From: an uncultured Opitutales bacterium
GTDB taxonomy: Bacteria; Verrucomicrobiota; Verrucomicrobiia; Opitutales; Intestinicryptomonadaceae
Reading direction: 5' to 3'
Assembly (NCBI GenBank): GCA_900552245.1
Contig: URYY01000001.1
Span: forward strand, 1 to 53,538
Length of the DNA: 53,538 bases
Both the position numbers and the translations under genes were made by a program. Under the pieces are notes generated by a model, which saw only the letters and a program-made list of their open reading frames with translations, did not search any database and was not told the origin of the DNA. Positions 38,331 through 48,369 of this stretch are shown here, in pieces (position 1 is the first letter of the stretch; each line of letters starts with the position of its first letter).

Positions 38331-38662
38331 AATTTTTAAATATATAAAATTTAAACTTCCCGATTTGCTATTCAGGAAATCTTGCCATGGATATGAAATG
38401 CGCTAGCAGGAATCACTTAAAATACAAAAATTAAAGAGCTAAGCAAAGAATTGAAAATATACATAAGCTTTTACAAAAAAGCTCAAAAGTTACAATTTTA
38501 AAGGACCTTACAAATTGTACACCCCAAAGAACCAATCAATATCATCTGTAATTCAAGCTTTGAGCGCTGCTTACTTGCGGGGCATAGCTAAGACAAACTG
38601 AAAACACACTAACTATGAGACTATTTACAAGCGCGCAAGATCTGCAAGATAAAAAAGAAAAA

Positions 38663-38692
38663 CCCCGCTAAAAAACCTTTATTTTAGCGGGG
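38663..38692 (-). terminator. Terminator hairpin downstream of tRNA-Arg
   Basis: CCCCGCTAAAA...TTTTAGCGGGG with an upstream A-run, i.e. a U-tail on the minus strand. Confidence 0.75.
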
Positions 38693-38702
38693 TAAAGAGA
38701 CG

Positions 38703-38774
38703 CGCTCCTACTGGGAGTCGAACCCAGACCGATGGTACCGGAAACCATTGCTCTATCCATTAAACTATAGGAGC
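38703..38774 (-). tRNA. tRNA-Arg(CCG), CCA not encoded
   Basis: Reverse complement GCTCCTA-TAGTTTAATGGATAGAGCA-ATGGT-TTCCGGT-ACCAT-CGGT-CTGGG-TTCGACT-CCCAG-TAGGAGC-G folds into a full cloverleaf. Confidence 0.95.
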
Positions 38775-38884
38775 CTCTTAAAACTCAAACGAGTATCAAC
38801 AAGCTTAAGTCTCTTGCAATAAAAATTTGAGATTGCACGTATTTTTTCTTTGAAAAACAGACAAAAGATGAAAGACTTTAAAAT

Positions 38885-39667
38885 ATGTCCGCAAAAGTGT
38901 TTTCAATCGCAAATCAAAAAGGCGGCGTGGGCAAGACAACCACCGCCGTAAACCTCTCTGCTGCCCTAGCGCGCCGTAAAATTAGAACCCTAATTATAGA
39001 CATGGACCAGCAGGCCAGCGCGACAAGCGCACTGGGCCTTGAGAAAAAGGAGGGCGCAAGCCTCTACAAAGTTTTATGCGGAGAGGGATCTGCAAAAGAC
39101 AAAGTTCTGGATACGGGGCGGAAAAATCTTTCCATAATACCTTCAGAAGTCGATATTTCGGCGATAGAAGTAGAATTGTCGGGGGCGGAAAACTACCTGA
39201 TGAGGCTCAAGGAGTGCATTAAGGATTTGAAAGAATCCGACACTTACGATGCCATAGTAATAGATGCTCCGCCATCGCTGGGCCTTCTTTCAATGAATTC
39301 GCTCGTCGCAAGCGACTATCTCTTGATAGCGCTTCAGTGCGAGTATCTGGCAATGGAGGGCCTGGGGCAGATTATGGGCGTTGTCGAGCAGCTTCAAAAT
39401 GCGGGTGTGAGCGACACACTGCAAGTAGGCGGCATAATAATGACCATGTACGACTCGCGCACAAACCTTTCAAAACAAGTGGTAAATGAAGTTAAAACGC
39501 ATTTGGGAGATCTGGTCTTTAAGACTATGATTCCGCGCACGGTGCGCCTTGCCGAAGCCCCGAGTTTCGGGCGGACGATTTTTGAGCACGCCAGATTTAA
39601 CGAGGGCTCTTTTGCCTACGATAAACTCGCAAAAGAACTCATACAACGCTTTTCACTGAAACAGTAA
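38885..39667 (+). CDS. parA: ParA/Soj-family ATPase
   Basis: NQKGGVGKTTT deviant Walker A, DAPPSLG, QCEYLAMEGL, TMYD.R and IPRTVRLAEAPSFG. Confidence 0.93.
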   Translation: MSAKVFSIANQKGGVGKTTTAVNLSAALARRKIRTLIIDMDQQASATSALGLEKKEGASLYKVLCGEGSAKDKVLDTGRKNLSIIPSEVDISAIEVELSGAENYLMRLKECIKDLKESDTYDAIVIDAPPSLGLLSMNSLVASDYLLIALQCEYLAMEGLGQIMGVVEQLQNAGVSDTLQVGGIIMTMYDSRTNLSKQVVNEVKTHLGDLVFKTMIPRTVRLAEAPSFGRTIFEHARFNEGSFAYDKLAKELIQRFSLKQ

Positions 39668-39668
39668 A

Positions 39669-40439
39669 ATGATAACGCTAAAGGGCTACATAAAAGGGCT
39701 AATGAAGCGCAGAGTTCTTGCAAAGCGCAAGAATACGCGCAAAAAGATGCTTTCAAAGCGCTCGCTCGAACAATTCGGCGAATTGGAGAAGCGCATAGGC
39801 TATATTTTTAAGGATAAGGCCCTGCTTAAGCTCGCCCTCACGCACCCGAGTGCGATGAACACGGCGCACTCTAGGATAAACTCAAACCAAAGGCTTGAGT
39901 TTTTGGGAGATGCAGTCTTGCAAACCATAATAAGCGACTTTGTATTTAAGAGCCTCGAAGACAAGCCCGAAGGCGATTTGACTCGCGCAAGAATAGCGCT
40001 CACACACGGTAAATTTCTGGCAAAGTTGGCCGACAGATTGGGGATACCGGAAAGTTTGATACTGCCAAAAAAGCTCTCGCACCTGCGCGAGGTTGCGTCG
40101 GCGAAGGAGGATTCGATTGAAGCCCTCATAGGCGCTATATATCTGGATTGCGGCTTTGAGAACACAAAAAAAATAGTTCTTGGCTGGTACGAGTCCGCAA
40201 GCCTTGACGTTGAAGAAATGGTGGACTCGCAAAACCCCAAGGGGCAGTTGCAGGAGTTGGCGGCAAAGAAGAAAATGACCGTTGAATACAAGTTGCTCTC
40301 GCAAATAGGCCCCGACCACGACAAAAAATTCGAGATGGCTGTTCTTGTAAACGGCGAAGTTTACGGAAGCGCGATAGCCAGCTCCAAGAAGCAGGCCGAA
40401 ACTGAAGCCGCTGCAATAGCCCTCAAAAAGCTCGTATGA
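39669..40439 (+). CDS. rnc: Ribonuclease III
   Basis: ALTHPS, NQRLEFLGDAVL, D.IEALIGAIYLD and dsRBD (NPKGQLQE, GPDH, SKKQAE). Confidence 0.95.
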   Translation: MITLKGYIKGLMKRRVLAKRKNTRKKMLSKRSLEQFGELEKRIGYIFKDKALLKLALTHPSAMNTAHSRINSNQRLEFLGDAVLQTIISDFVFKSLEDKPEGDLTRARIALTHGKFLAKLADRLGIPESLILPKKLSHLREVASAKEDSIEALIGAIYLDCGFENTKKIVLGWYESASLDVEEMVDSQNPKGQLQELAAKKKMTVEYKLLSQIGPDHDKKFEMAVLVNGEVYGSAIASSKKQAETEAAAIALKKLV

Positions 40440-43400
40440 TTAGCGCAAAATTTGCCCCGCAAAGTAAAGTAGTGTTTTATCCAAACCTAGCTATGGCTTG
40501 CACAGGGGCGCTTGTCGCTTCAATTTCCGAAAAGTACGGCGGAGTTAAAATCGTGCTTTGCGATACTGTGGGAGAGTGCGAAAAGCTATACCCCAAAGTC
40601 GCCGCCTTTTTAAAGTTGGAAAATTGCGTGGACGATTTGCGCGTCCTGCCCAAAATCCTGCCTAAGGAGGATCCCGATTTCTTTGAGAGCTACTGCGAGA
40701 GAGTCGGAACACTAAATGCAATGTCAAGCGGGGCAAATCTGACTATTCTGACAACGCCAGAGGCACTTATGCAGGAAACTCCGGTTCAGGCGGAGCATCT
40801 GGAATTGAAAGTCGGAGGAAAGTTTGACATTCAAACTCTCAAACAAAAGCTTGTCGACTTTGGCTACTACAACGAAGTTCTCTGCGAAGGTCCCGGACAA
40901 TTTGCCCTCAGAGGCGGAATTATCGACATATATCCGATAGCCGCCCGCTCTCCATACAGAATAGATTTTTTTGGCGACGAAATAGATTCGATAAAGCCCT
41001 ACGATCCGGACACTCAACTTACGCAGAGCGATAAGCTTGATAAGCTTCAGATAGACTCTTTTTTAAGCACTCAAAACCACCTGCCAAGCTACGAATTTTT
41101 GTCAAAGCAGCCGGCCACGTGGATTTTCATAGAGCCCCAGAGGCTTTCCCTCGAATATCCGGAACTATTCAGTGTATTTGAAAATTCAAAAGATTCGCGC
41201 AAGAATCTACAAATTGTCTTTGACGCAAGAAAAAGCGACACATTCATAGGCCTATCTTCCCTAGCAGAGAGTGGTGAGCTATTTAAAGAAGCTAAGCTTG
41301 AGCTTTTAAATACTGAGGATCTAAGCCAGTACCGCCCGCTTCCGATGAGCGAAGGCGTGGGTGTTGAGCGTTTTGAATCGGAGCATCAGCTGCGCTTAAA
41401 CTTTATAAAGAAAATCGCCGAATGGGCAAAGAGCGGCTATAAAATTTATATTGAGGCCGAGGGAGAGGGCGAGCGCGAGCGCATAGCGGAAATGTTTGCC
41501 GAGTGCAAATTAAAGACTCCAAAGTTTGAATTTATAGAGCCATTTTTTGGCGAGGGCTTTTTGGTAAGTTTTGAGGCGGGGCAAAGTCCCTTTAAGTGGC
41601 GGGGCATGGACGAGAAAGCCAAGGGGCTTGTCTGCGTAGGCCAGCTTGAAATTTTTGGAAGGCGCATAAAGTCAAACATAGCGCCGCGCCGCAAAATGCT
41701 TACGCGCCGCGCGGAAGTCGATTCTCTATTGGATTTTTCAGAGCTTAGCGAGGGCGATTACGTGGTGCATATAACGCACGGCATCTGCCGATACCAGGGC
41801 ATCACTACGCTGGAGTCGTCGGGTACAAAGCAGGAGGTTTTGAAGCTCGAATTTGAAGACAAGGCTATCTTGTACTTGCCGCTTCACAAGTCGCATTTAA
41901 TAAGCCGCTACATTGGGCTTGATAAGAGAGTTCCGAAGCTCTCAAAGCTCGATTCGCGCGCGTGGATAAAAGTCCGCACTGCGGCCGAGACTGCGGCCCT
42001 AGACTACGCAAGCGAACTTCTTGACTTGCAATCAAAGCGCGAAATTGCAGAGGGCTACGCCTTTGCGCCGGATACCAATTGGCAGACAGCCTTTGAAGAT
42101 TCCTTCCCATATGTGGAAACTCCGGACCAACTCAGGGCCATAAATGAAGTCAAAGCCGACATGCAAAAGCCCGTTCCCATGGATAGGCTAATCTGCGCCG
42201 ACGTCGGCTTTGGCAAGACCGAGATTGCCCTGCGCGCCGCATTTAAGGCTGCGATGTCAGGAAAGCAAGTTGCAGTTCTCTGCCCCACAACCATACTTTG
42301 CCAGCAGCACTTCAAGACTTTTAGGGAGCGAATGGCGCCCTACCCCGTTGTTGTCGAGATGATGTCCCGCTTTAGAAAGCCAAGAGAGTTGGCAAAAATA
42401 AAAAGCGAGCTTGCAACCGGAAAAATCGACATAGTAATAGGCACTCACGCCCTACTTGCAAACGACGTAAAGTTCAAGGATTTGGGGCTTTTAGTAATAG
42501 ACGAGGAGCACCGCTTCGGGGTAAAGCACAAGGAGAAGATAAAGCACATAAAGGAGGGCGTTGACGTGCTTACCATGAGCGCAACTCCGATTCCGCGAAC
42601 GCTTTATTTTGCAATGATGGGCGCAAAGACTATAAGCGTGATAGAAACTCCGCCCAAGAACCGCTTTCCAGTAGAAACCATAGTTAAGGAGTATTCCGAC
42701 GAAACCGTGCGCGAGGCTATACGCCGCGAGGTAGAGCGCGGCGGACAAGTATTTTACCTGCATAACCGAGTAAAGACCATAGAGGAAACTGCAAAGCGCC
42801 TTGAAGCAATGTTTCCGAATTTGAGAATCGGCGTAGGCCACGGCCAGATGGACGAACGGGAGCTTGAAAAGTTGATGGGCGACTTTATGGACGGCAAGTA
42901 CGACATCTTGGTATGCACCACCATAATAGAGTCGGGCTTGGATATTCCAAATTGCAACACCATAATAATAGAGGGGGCGGACAAATTCGGGCTCGCGCAA
43001 TTGTATCAGCTAAGGGGAAGAGTTGGGAGATTTACAAGGAAGGCCTACGCTTATCTTTTGCTGCACAGGCATGCGCAAATAGTGGCCTCCGCCCACAAGC
43101 GCCTAAGCGCCATACGCCAGTACAATAAACCCGGAGCCGGCTTTAGAATAGCCACGCGCGACTTGCAGCTAAGAGGCTGCGGCAATTTGCTTGGAGCAAA
43201 GCAAAGCGGGCACATAGCAAGTGTCGGCTTTGATATGTATTGCAGCTTATTAAAGCAGAGCATTGCCCGTTTAAAGGGCGAAAAGAGCGCATCATGGATA
43301 CGCTCAACAGTGTCGCTTGATTTTATAAGCCTTGGTGAAGGAGGCAAGCGAGAAGAGTCGCTATCAAACGCAAACAACATGTTTGAGGAGCTAAAGGTGC

Positions 43401-43813
43401 TCCAAATAAAAGAGGCGGGCGGCAAAATGCTATCGGCCTACATTCCCGAAAGCTACATACCGCAAACTCAACTTAGAATAGACCTTTACAGGCGCCTGGA
43501 ACTCAGCGCGAGCATAGAGGAGATAGATAAAATCGAAAGCCAGACAAAAGATAGGTTCGGAAAAATTCCCGACAGCGTGAAATACTTGTTTGAGCTCGCA
43601 AAAATAAGAGTTTACGCGGAGTTAAACTCGATTCTGAAAGTCGAGACGGAGGGGGATGTGCTAAAGTTGCGCAAGGCAAATCCGGCGGAGATAGAATTTG
43701 TAAAGATAAACGGGCACTTTCCAAGGCTATCCAAGAAGGATTCAAAGTCGCGGCTTTTAGAGATAAAGAGATTCCTGCGCGATATTCTGCCGTCAATAAC
43801 TAAAAAGGCTTAA
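40436..43813 (+). CDS. mfd: Transcription-repair coupling factor
   Basis: [12 protein letters not shown] (GDYVVH..HGI), [34 protein letters not shown] motif and TRCF domain. Confidence 0.96.
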   Translation: MISAKFAPQSKVVFYPNLAMACTGALVASISEKYGGVKIVLCDTVGECEKLYPKVAAFLKLENCVDDLRVLPKILPKEDPDFFESYCERVGTLNAMSSGANLTILTTPEALMQETPVQAEHLELKVGGKFDIQTLKQKLVDFGYYNEVLCEGPGQFALRGGIIDIYPIAARSPYRIDFFGDEIDSIKPYDPDTQLTQSDKLDKLQIDSFLSTQNHLPSYEFLSKQPATWIFIEPQRLSLEYPELFSVFENSKDSRKNLQIVFDARKSDTFIGLSSLAESGELFKEAKLELLNTEDLSQYRPLPMSEGVGVERFESEHQLRLNFIKKIAEWAKSGYKIYIEAEGEGERERIAEMFAECKLKTPKFEFIEPFFGEGFLVSFEAGQSPFKWRGMDEKAKGLVCVGQLEIFGRRIKSNIAPRRKMLTRRAEVDSLLDFSELSEGDYVVHITHGICRYQGITTLESSGTKQEVLKLEFEDKAILYLPLHKSHLISRYIGLDKRVPKLSKLDSRAWIKVRTAAETAALDYASELLDLQSKREIAEGYAFAPDTNWQTAFEDSFPYVETPDQLRAINEVKADMQKPVPMDRLICADVGFGKTEIALRAAFKAAMSGKQVAVLCPTTILCQQHFKTFRERMAPYPVVVEMMSRFRKPRELAKIKSELATGKIDIVIGTHALLANDVKFKDLGLLVIDEEHRFGVKHKEKIKHIKEGVDVLTMSATPIPRTLYFAMMGAKTISVIETPPKNRFPVETIVKEYSDETVREAIRREVERGGQVFYLHNRVKTIEETAKRLEAMFPNLRIGVGHGQMDERELEKLMGDFMDGKYDILVCTTIIESGLDIPNCNTIIIEGADKFGLAQLYQLRGRVGRFTRKAYAYLLLHRHAQIVASAHKRLSAIRQYNKPGAGFRIATRDLQLRGCGNLLGAKQSGHIASVGFDMYCSLLKQSIARLKGEKSASWIRSTVSLDFISLGEGGKREESLSNANNMFEELKVLQIKEAGGKMLSAYIPESYIPQTQLRIDLYRRLELSASIEEIDKIESQTKDRFGKIPDSVKYLFELAKIRVYAELNSILKVETEGDVLKLRKANPAEIEFVKINGHFPRLSKKDSKSRLLEIKRFLRDILPSITKKA

Positions 43814-43895
43814 GCGCTCGTAAATTTATGTGCTTGCGCTTTAGCTCTGTTTCAATAAGACTGCAGAGCATTGTATCCTTAATGTGTTTTAGCCA

Positions 43896-44888
43896 ATGAA
43901 AAAATTTTTCACACTCACATTGATAGCGCTTTCCGCAGCTTCGCTGTCGGGGCAAAATTTCGGTGCTGCGTCTGCAATCCAGACTTTGCCCAAGAGCAGG
44001 GTTTTGGATTACGATGAGGTATTGGCAGTTGTAGAAGATACGACCATCACGAGGAGCGATTTGATGAGGGCTGTGGCGCCATTTGTCGAAAAGTTGAGAA
44101 AGACATCAAGAACGGAAGATGAATTCAAGCGCCAAGTCGAGAAGCTCTGGAGAGAGATTTTGCAGGACAAGATAGATAGGGTGATACTCGTAAAGGAATT
44201 TCACGACAGGGGAATGATGATTCCTGAATCGGCACTTGAGAGCATTTTTGACGACGACTTAAAGAAGCGCTTTAACGGAGACCGCTCGGAGTTTCTAAAG
44301 TATCTGCAGTCCCAGAATATGACGATAAAGCAGTACCGCAAGGAGCAGGAGGAGAATGTGATTGTAACTCACATGCAAAACCAGCAGCGCCTCACTGCCT
44401 CCGAGATAAGCCCGCAGCGGATTATTGAATACTACAACGCGCACAAGCAGCAGTGGTACACTCCAGAGATGGTAAAGATAAGCCAGATAACTATAAAGGG
44501 CGCAACGCCCGACGAGGCTAAAGAACTTGCAAAGAGAGTGCACGACGAAATTTTGGCCGGAATGGCCTTTGAGGATGCCGCTAAAAAGTATAGCCAGGAC
44601 GAGACCTCATCTAAGGGAGGCGACTGGGGTTGGTACAAAAAGGGGGAGTTAAATCCCATACTGGATAAAAAGATATTCGAGATGCCTAAGGGCGAAATTT
44701 CCGAACCGGTTTTAATTTCAAACTACGCGTACATATTGCGAGTTGACGATAAAAAGAGCGAAGGCATACAGCCCTTGGACGATGTTCGCGAAAAGATAGA
44801 GTGGACGCTGGCCGAAGAGAATGCAAAAATAGAATACGAAAAGTGGATTAGGCGCCTGCGCGAAAAAGCCTACATAAAAACATTCTAG
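43896..44888 (+). CDS. surA: SurA/PpiC-type periplasmic peptidyl-prolyl isomerase chaperone
   Basis: Signal peptide, SurA N-domain and one parvulin domain (FEDAAKKYSQD..SSKGGDWGW); follows mfd. Confidence 0.82.
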   Translation: MKKFFTLTLIALSAASLSGQNFGAASAIQTLPKSRVLDYDEVLAVVEDTTITRSDLMRAVAPFVEKLRKTSRTEDEFKRQVEKLWREILQDKIDRVILVKEFHDRGMMIPESALESIFDDDLKKRFNGDRSEFLKYLQSQNMTIKQYRKEQEENVIVTHMQNQQRLTASEISPQRIIEYYNAHKQQWYTPEMVKISQITIKGATPDEAKELAKRVHDEILAGMAFEDAAKKYSQDETSSKGGDWGWYKKGELNPILDKKIFEMPKGEISEPVLISNYAYILRVDDKKSEGIQPLDDVREKIEWTLAEENAKIEYEKWIRRLREKAYIKTF

Positions 44889-45118
44889 TTAAAAGATTAG
44901 AGGCTCTACTTTCAACAAGCGGCTTTGATGCCGGCACAATTTTCTGAGGGCTCCGCAACAATAGTAAATGCGGGGCCTGCTTGTGTACACTTCCTTAAAG
45001 GTATATATCCGCAGACGCGGGCATGGACTTGATGCGTACTTTGAAAAAATAAAGACATTAATTATTAACTTTATTTTACGATTAAGCCCCTATGTAAAAA
45101 TAAGAGCGAGGATGCGAT

Positions 45119-46417
45119 ATGTTTTATAAAAAGATTTTTTTGCAAGTTCTATCTGCGGTAGCTTTATCGGTTTCTCTGCAGGCTCAAAATTTAAATGCAA
45201 ATAGCGCCGAGATTCCATATGGCAACATGGGGCTCGATTGGCTCACGGATAGAATTTTGGAAGTTGAGCATCTCTCGACAAAGAACACCGCAATAACCCC
45301 GTTTTTTCAGTATTACGGAATGATTGCATCAAACCCTTACGGCGGGCAGAGCCAAGGCACAAACTACACTCAAGAAATGATTTTTGGCGCCACGGCAAAT
45401 TTGGAGACACTGCTAGGGTGGAAGAATACAAGCTTTACAATTTCAGGCGCTTACAATAGCGGCAAAGATTTGTCTAACAGAATTGGCAACACCTTTACAA
45501 TTTCCGACTGTGCGGTTTCTGACGGGGCGTACTTCTACGAAATGTATTTGAGCTACTCAAAGGAATTTTCGTTTGGAACTATCGATGTAACGCTTGGCCG
45601 CTCGTCTATGGCGGATGTTTTTAATTCAATTCCCGCATTTACAAGCGTTCTAAGCGGAGGCTTAGATAACGTGCCGATGAGCGCATTTTTAAATAGCCCC
45701 TTTACGTCGTCGCCGATAGCGACATGGGCTGCAACTGCAGAATACACCCTAAGCAATAATGAAATTACTTTCGCAGGCGGCATATACCAAATCCCAGCGA
45801 ATATGAATGCATCAAATTACCACGGCGTCGATTGGTCCATAAACTCATCAAACGGGTTTATGATGATAGGCCAAGTTGAGTGGACTCCCGAATTTTTCAA
45901 GAAGCAAAAGGACGGCAAGGATGTTCCCGGAAGCGGATTGCAGGGGCTTTACCAAATTGGAGTTTACTATTTTAACGGCTATAGCGACCTCAGCTACTAC
46001 GGCAGCTCGGACCGCACAAACGGCTACGGGTTTTACATTCAGGGCCAGCAGGAAATCTGGGTAAACGAAAATAACACAAGCCAGAACGTTCTTGTATGGG
46101 CGGGCTTGCAGTATTCGCCCATACAGAGCATTTCAACTATGCCGCTAATGGGCTATGCTGGAGTGCAATTTAACGGCTTTGTTCCAAAGCGCCCGAATGA
46201 CTCATTTTTGGTCTCGTGGCTCATTGGCTCTTTCAACAACAAGTACTCGCAAAGCTACAAGGCAAGTTACGAAAGCGTAGTGGAAATTTCCTACATATTT
46301 GAGCTAAATAACTACATATCCATACAGCCAGACATTCAGTATATTATGCGCCCTAGCGGAGATTCTCAGGCCGAAGATGCATTAGTTTTGGGCGGGCAAG
46401 TCTCCGTGTCTTTTTAG
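45119..46417 (+). CDS. OprB-family carbohydrate porin (second, divergent copy)
   Basis: Signal peptide, NPYGG, LETLLGW, RPND, E.SY.F.LN..ISIQPDIQYIMRPSG and terminal F. Confidence 0.85.
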   Translation: MFYKKIFLQVLSAVALSVSLQAQNLNANSAEIPYGNMGLDWLTDRILEVEHLSTKNTAITPFFQYYGMIASNPYGGQSQGTNYTQEMIFGATANLETLLGWKNTSFTISGAYNSGKDLSNRIGNTFTISDCAVSDGAYFYEMYLSYSKEFSFGTIDVTLGRSSMADVFNSIPAFTSVLSGGLDNVPMSAFLNSPFTSSPIATWAATAEYTLSNNEITFAGGIYQIPANMNASNYHGVDWSINSSNGFMMIGQVEWTPEFFKKQKDGKDVPGSGLQGLYQIGVYYFNGYSDLSYYGSSDRTNGYGFYIQGQQEIWVNENNTSQNVLVWAGLQYSPIQSISTMPLMGYAGVQFNGFVPKRPNDSFLVSWLIGSFNNKYSQSYKASYESVVEISYIFELNNYISIQPDIQYIMRPSGDSQAEDALVLGGQVSVSF

Positions 46418-46527
46418 CTTGTAAAGATCTTTTAATAGAGCAAAAACCGCTCTTAAATCCGGAGAATGCGAGAGCTTAAAAATTTTTATTTTCTCGCATT
46501 TTTTTTGAGCTTAGAGAGAATGTAGGC

Positions 46528-47157
46528 ATGAAGATTTATAATTTTGAGCTTGGGCCCATAGGCGTAAACTGCTTTTTGATTATCCCTGAAAGCGGAGGAG
46601 CGGTAATGATAGACGCGCCGGAGGGCTCCTTTGAAACTACAAAAAAAATCTTGGATAAAAGCGGGCTCAAAGTCGAAGCGCTCCTACTTACGCACGGCCA
46701 CTGGGACCATATTTGGGACGCAAAAAAATTTCAAGACGCAGGCGCTAAAATCTACGCCCACCCCGACGGCGCAAGCTTTATAGAAAATACAAGCTCGCAG
46801 AGCGCCTACCTCTACGGCATGGAGGGGCTTGAGAGCGCAAAGATTGACGTCAAACTCTACGACGGTCAAATTCTAAAATTTTCGGACGCCGAATTTGAAG
46901 TCAGGGTTACGCCGGGGCACTGCGCAGGCTCAGTGAGCTACATCTTAAAATCGCAGGGTCTTGCCTTTGTTGGCGACTTAATTTTTGCCGGCAGCATAGG
47001 CCGCTACGACCTGCCTACGGGCAACTTCGCGCTCCTTGAAAAATCTATCAAGGAAAAAATCTACACACTGCCAGACTCCACAAAACTTCTGTGCGGACAC
47101 GGCGAATTTACAAGTGTTGGGGAAGAAAAAACCTCAAATCCATTTGTGAGAGCCTAA
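46528..47157 (+). CDS. MBL-fold metallo-hydrolase (glyoxalase II-like)
   Basis: THGHWDH, PGHCAG, GDLIF.GSIGR.D and GHG..T. Confidence 0.92.
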   Translation: MKIYNFELGPIGVNCFLIIPESGGAVMIDAPEGSFETTKKILDKSGLKVEALLLTHGHWDHIWDAKKFQDAGAKIYAHPDGASFIENTSSQSAYLYGMEGLESAKIDVKLYDGQILKFSDAEFEVRVTPGHCAGSVSYILKSQGLAFVGDLIFAGSIGRYDLPTGNFALLEKSIKEKIYTLPDSTKLLCGHGEFTSVGEEKTSNPFVRA

Positions 47158-47162
47158 AGCAC

Positions 47163-48257
47163 ATGCAAAGTTTAGACGAAAAATTTATGGCGCGCGCCCT
47201 CGAGCTTGCAAAGCTCGCTTGGGGTCAGACCCATCCCAATCCAATGGTTGGCGCTGTAATCGTAAAAAATGGAAAAATAATTTCAGAGGGCTACCACAAA
47301 AAAGACGGCGAGGCCCACGCCGAAATTAACGCCATAAGAAATTTGAAAGAGCCCGCAGAGGGCGCCGAAATTTACGTTACGCTCGAACCCTGTTCCACGA
47401 AAGGGCGCACGGGCGCCTGTTGCGACGCAATTATAGCAAACAAATTTAAGCGCGTAATAATCGGAACTCTCGATCCTAATCCGCTCCACTCAGGCCGAGC
47501 GCTGGATGTTTTAAAAAAGGCGAATATAGAAGTTAAATACAATGTGCTTAAAGATGAGTGCGAGAATTTAAATTTTATATTTAATTACACCATAACGCAC
47601 AAAACAGCCCTTCTTGCAATTAAGTACGCCCAAACTAAAAACGGTAAAATTGCCCTAAATGCGGGGCAACCGTCGCGCATAACAGAAGAGGCTGCAAGAG
47701 AGCACGCGATGCATTACAGAAAGCTATTCCCTGCGATTGCCGTGGGATTTGGCACTCTCGTATCCGACAACCCCTCCCTAACCTTTAGAAGCGGCGATTT
47801 TGAAAGCTCGTCCGCGCGCTTTGTCTTTGATAGAAGCCTAAAGTGCGACGCTCTAAATTTAGGAAACTACAAACTTTTTAGCGATAAATTTAAAGACAAA
47901 AGCTTCATTGTCTGCGACGCAAACTCACCTCAATCAAAAATAGACTCGCTCCGGAAAAAAGGCTTAAATGTAGTTAGTTTAAACTCCGAAAGAGGCAATG
48001 AGGCCAAGTTCTGGAAAGCCTTTAAGGATTATCTTTTTGCAAACAGGTTAAGCGCTGTAATTGTGGAGGGAGGGTCAAAAATTTTAAGCTCCATTGCCAA
48101 TAGCCAATCGCAGGACTACGTATTTGAATATACATCTGATAAAGTTTTCCCGGATAGTGCCCTGCCCGCCTTTGATTCCGCGCACCCTGAAATAGAAAAT
48201 CCGCAATTTGCGGACTTAGCCCCCGATACTTGCAAATTCGGATTTGCAAAAAAATAA
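47163..48257 (+). CDS. ribD: Riboflavin biosynthesis deaminase/reductase
   Basis: PNPMVGAV, HAE, TLEPCS...ACC, DPNP, DNPSLT.R and VEGG; ATG at 47163 preferred. Confidence 0.92.
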   Translation: MQSLDEKFMARALELAKLAWGQTHPNPMVGAVIVKNGKIISEGYHKKDGEAHAEINAIRNLKEPAEGAEIYVTLEPCSTKGRTGACCDAIIANKFKRVIIGTLDPNPLHSGRALDVLKKANIEVKYNVLKDECENLNFIFNYTITHKTALLAIKYAQTKNGKIALNAGQPSRITEEAAREHAMHYRKLFPAIAVGFGTLVSDNPSLTFRSGDFESSSARFVFDRSLKCDALNLGNYKLFSDKFKDKSFIVCDANSPQSKIDSLRKKGLNVVSLNSERGNEAKFWKAFKDYLFANRLSAVIVEGGSKILSSIANSQSQDYVFEYTSDKVFPDSALPAFDSAHPEIENPQFADLAPDTCKFGFAKK

Positions 48258-48369
48258 TAAAAAAGCGGCGCAATAACTGCGCCGCCAAATTGTTAAAATA
48301 TCGCAAAGTTCATTAAAAATCGGATAAATCCGCCGCCTTTAAAGGAAGCAAATTTACGATTTTCAAGAG

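Noticed and set aside
38340..38660. AT-rich gap between marR and tRNA-Arg
   Set aside because: No convincing ORF, repeat array or RNA structure was seen beyond the tRNA terminator.
44890..44930. AAGATTAGAGG start resembling a lysine or M-box riboswitch
   Set aside because: The downstream conserved elements of both families are absent, so the region is kept only as an unassigned structured element.
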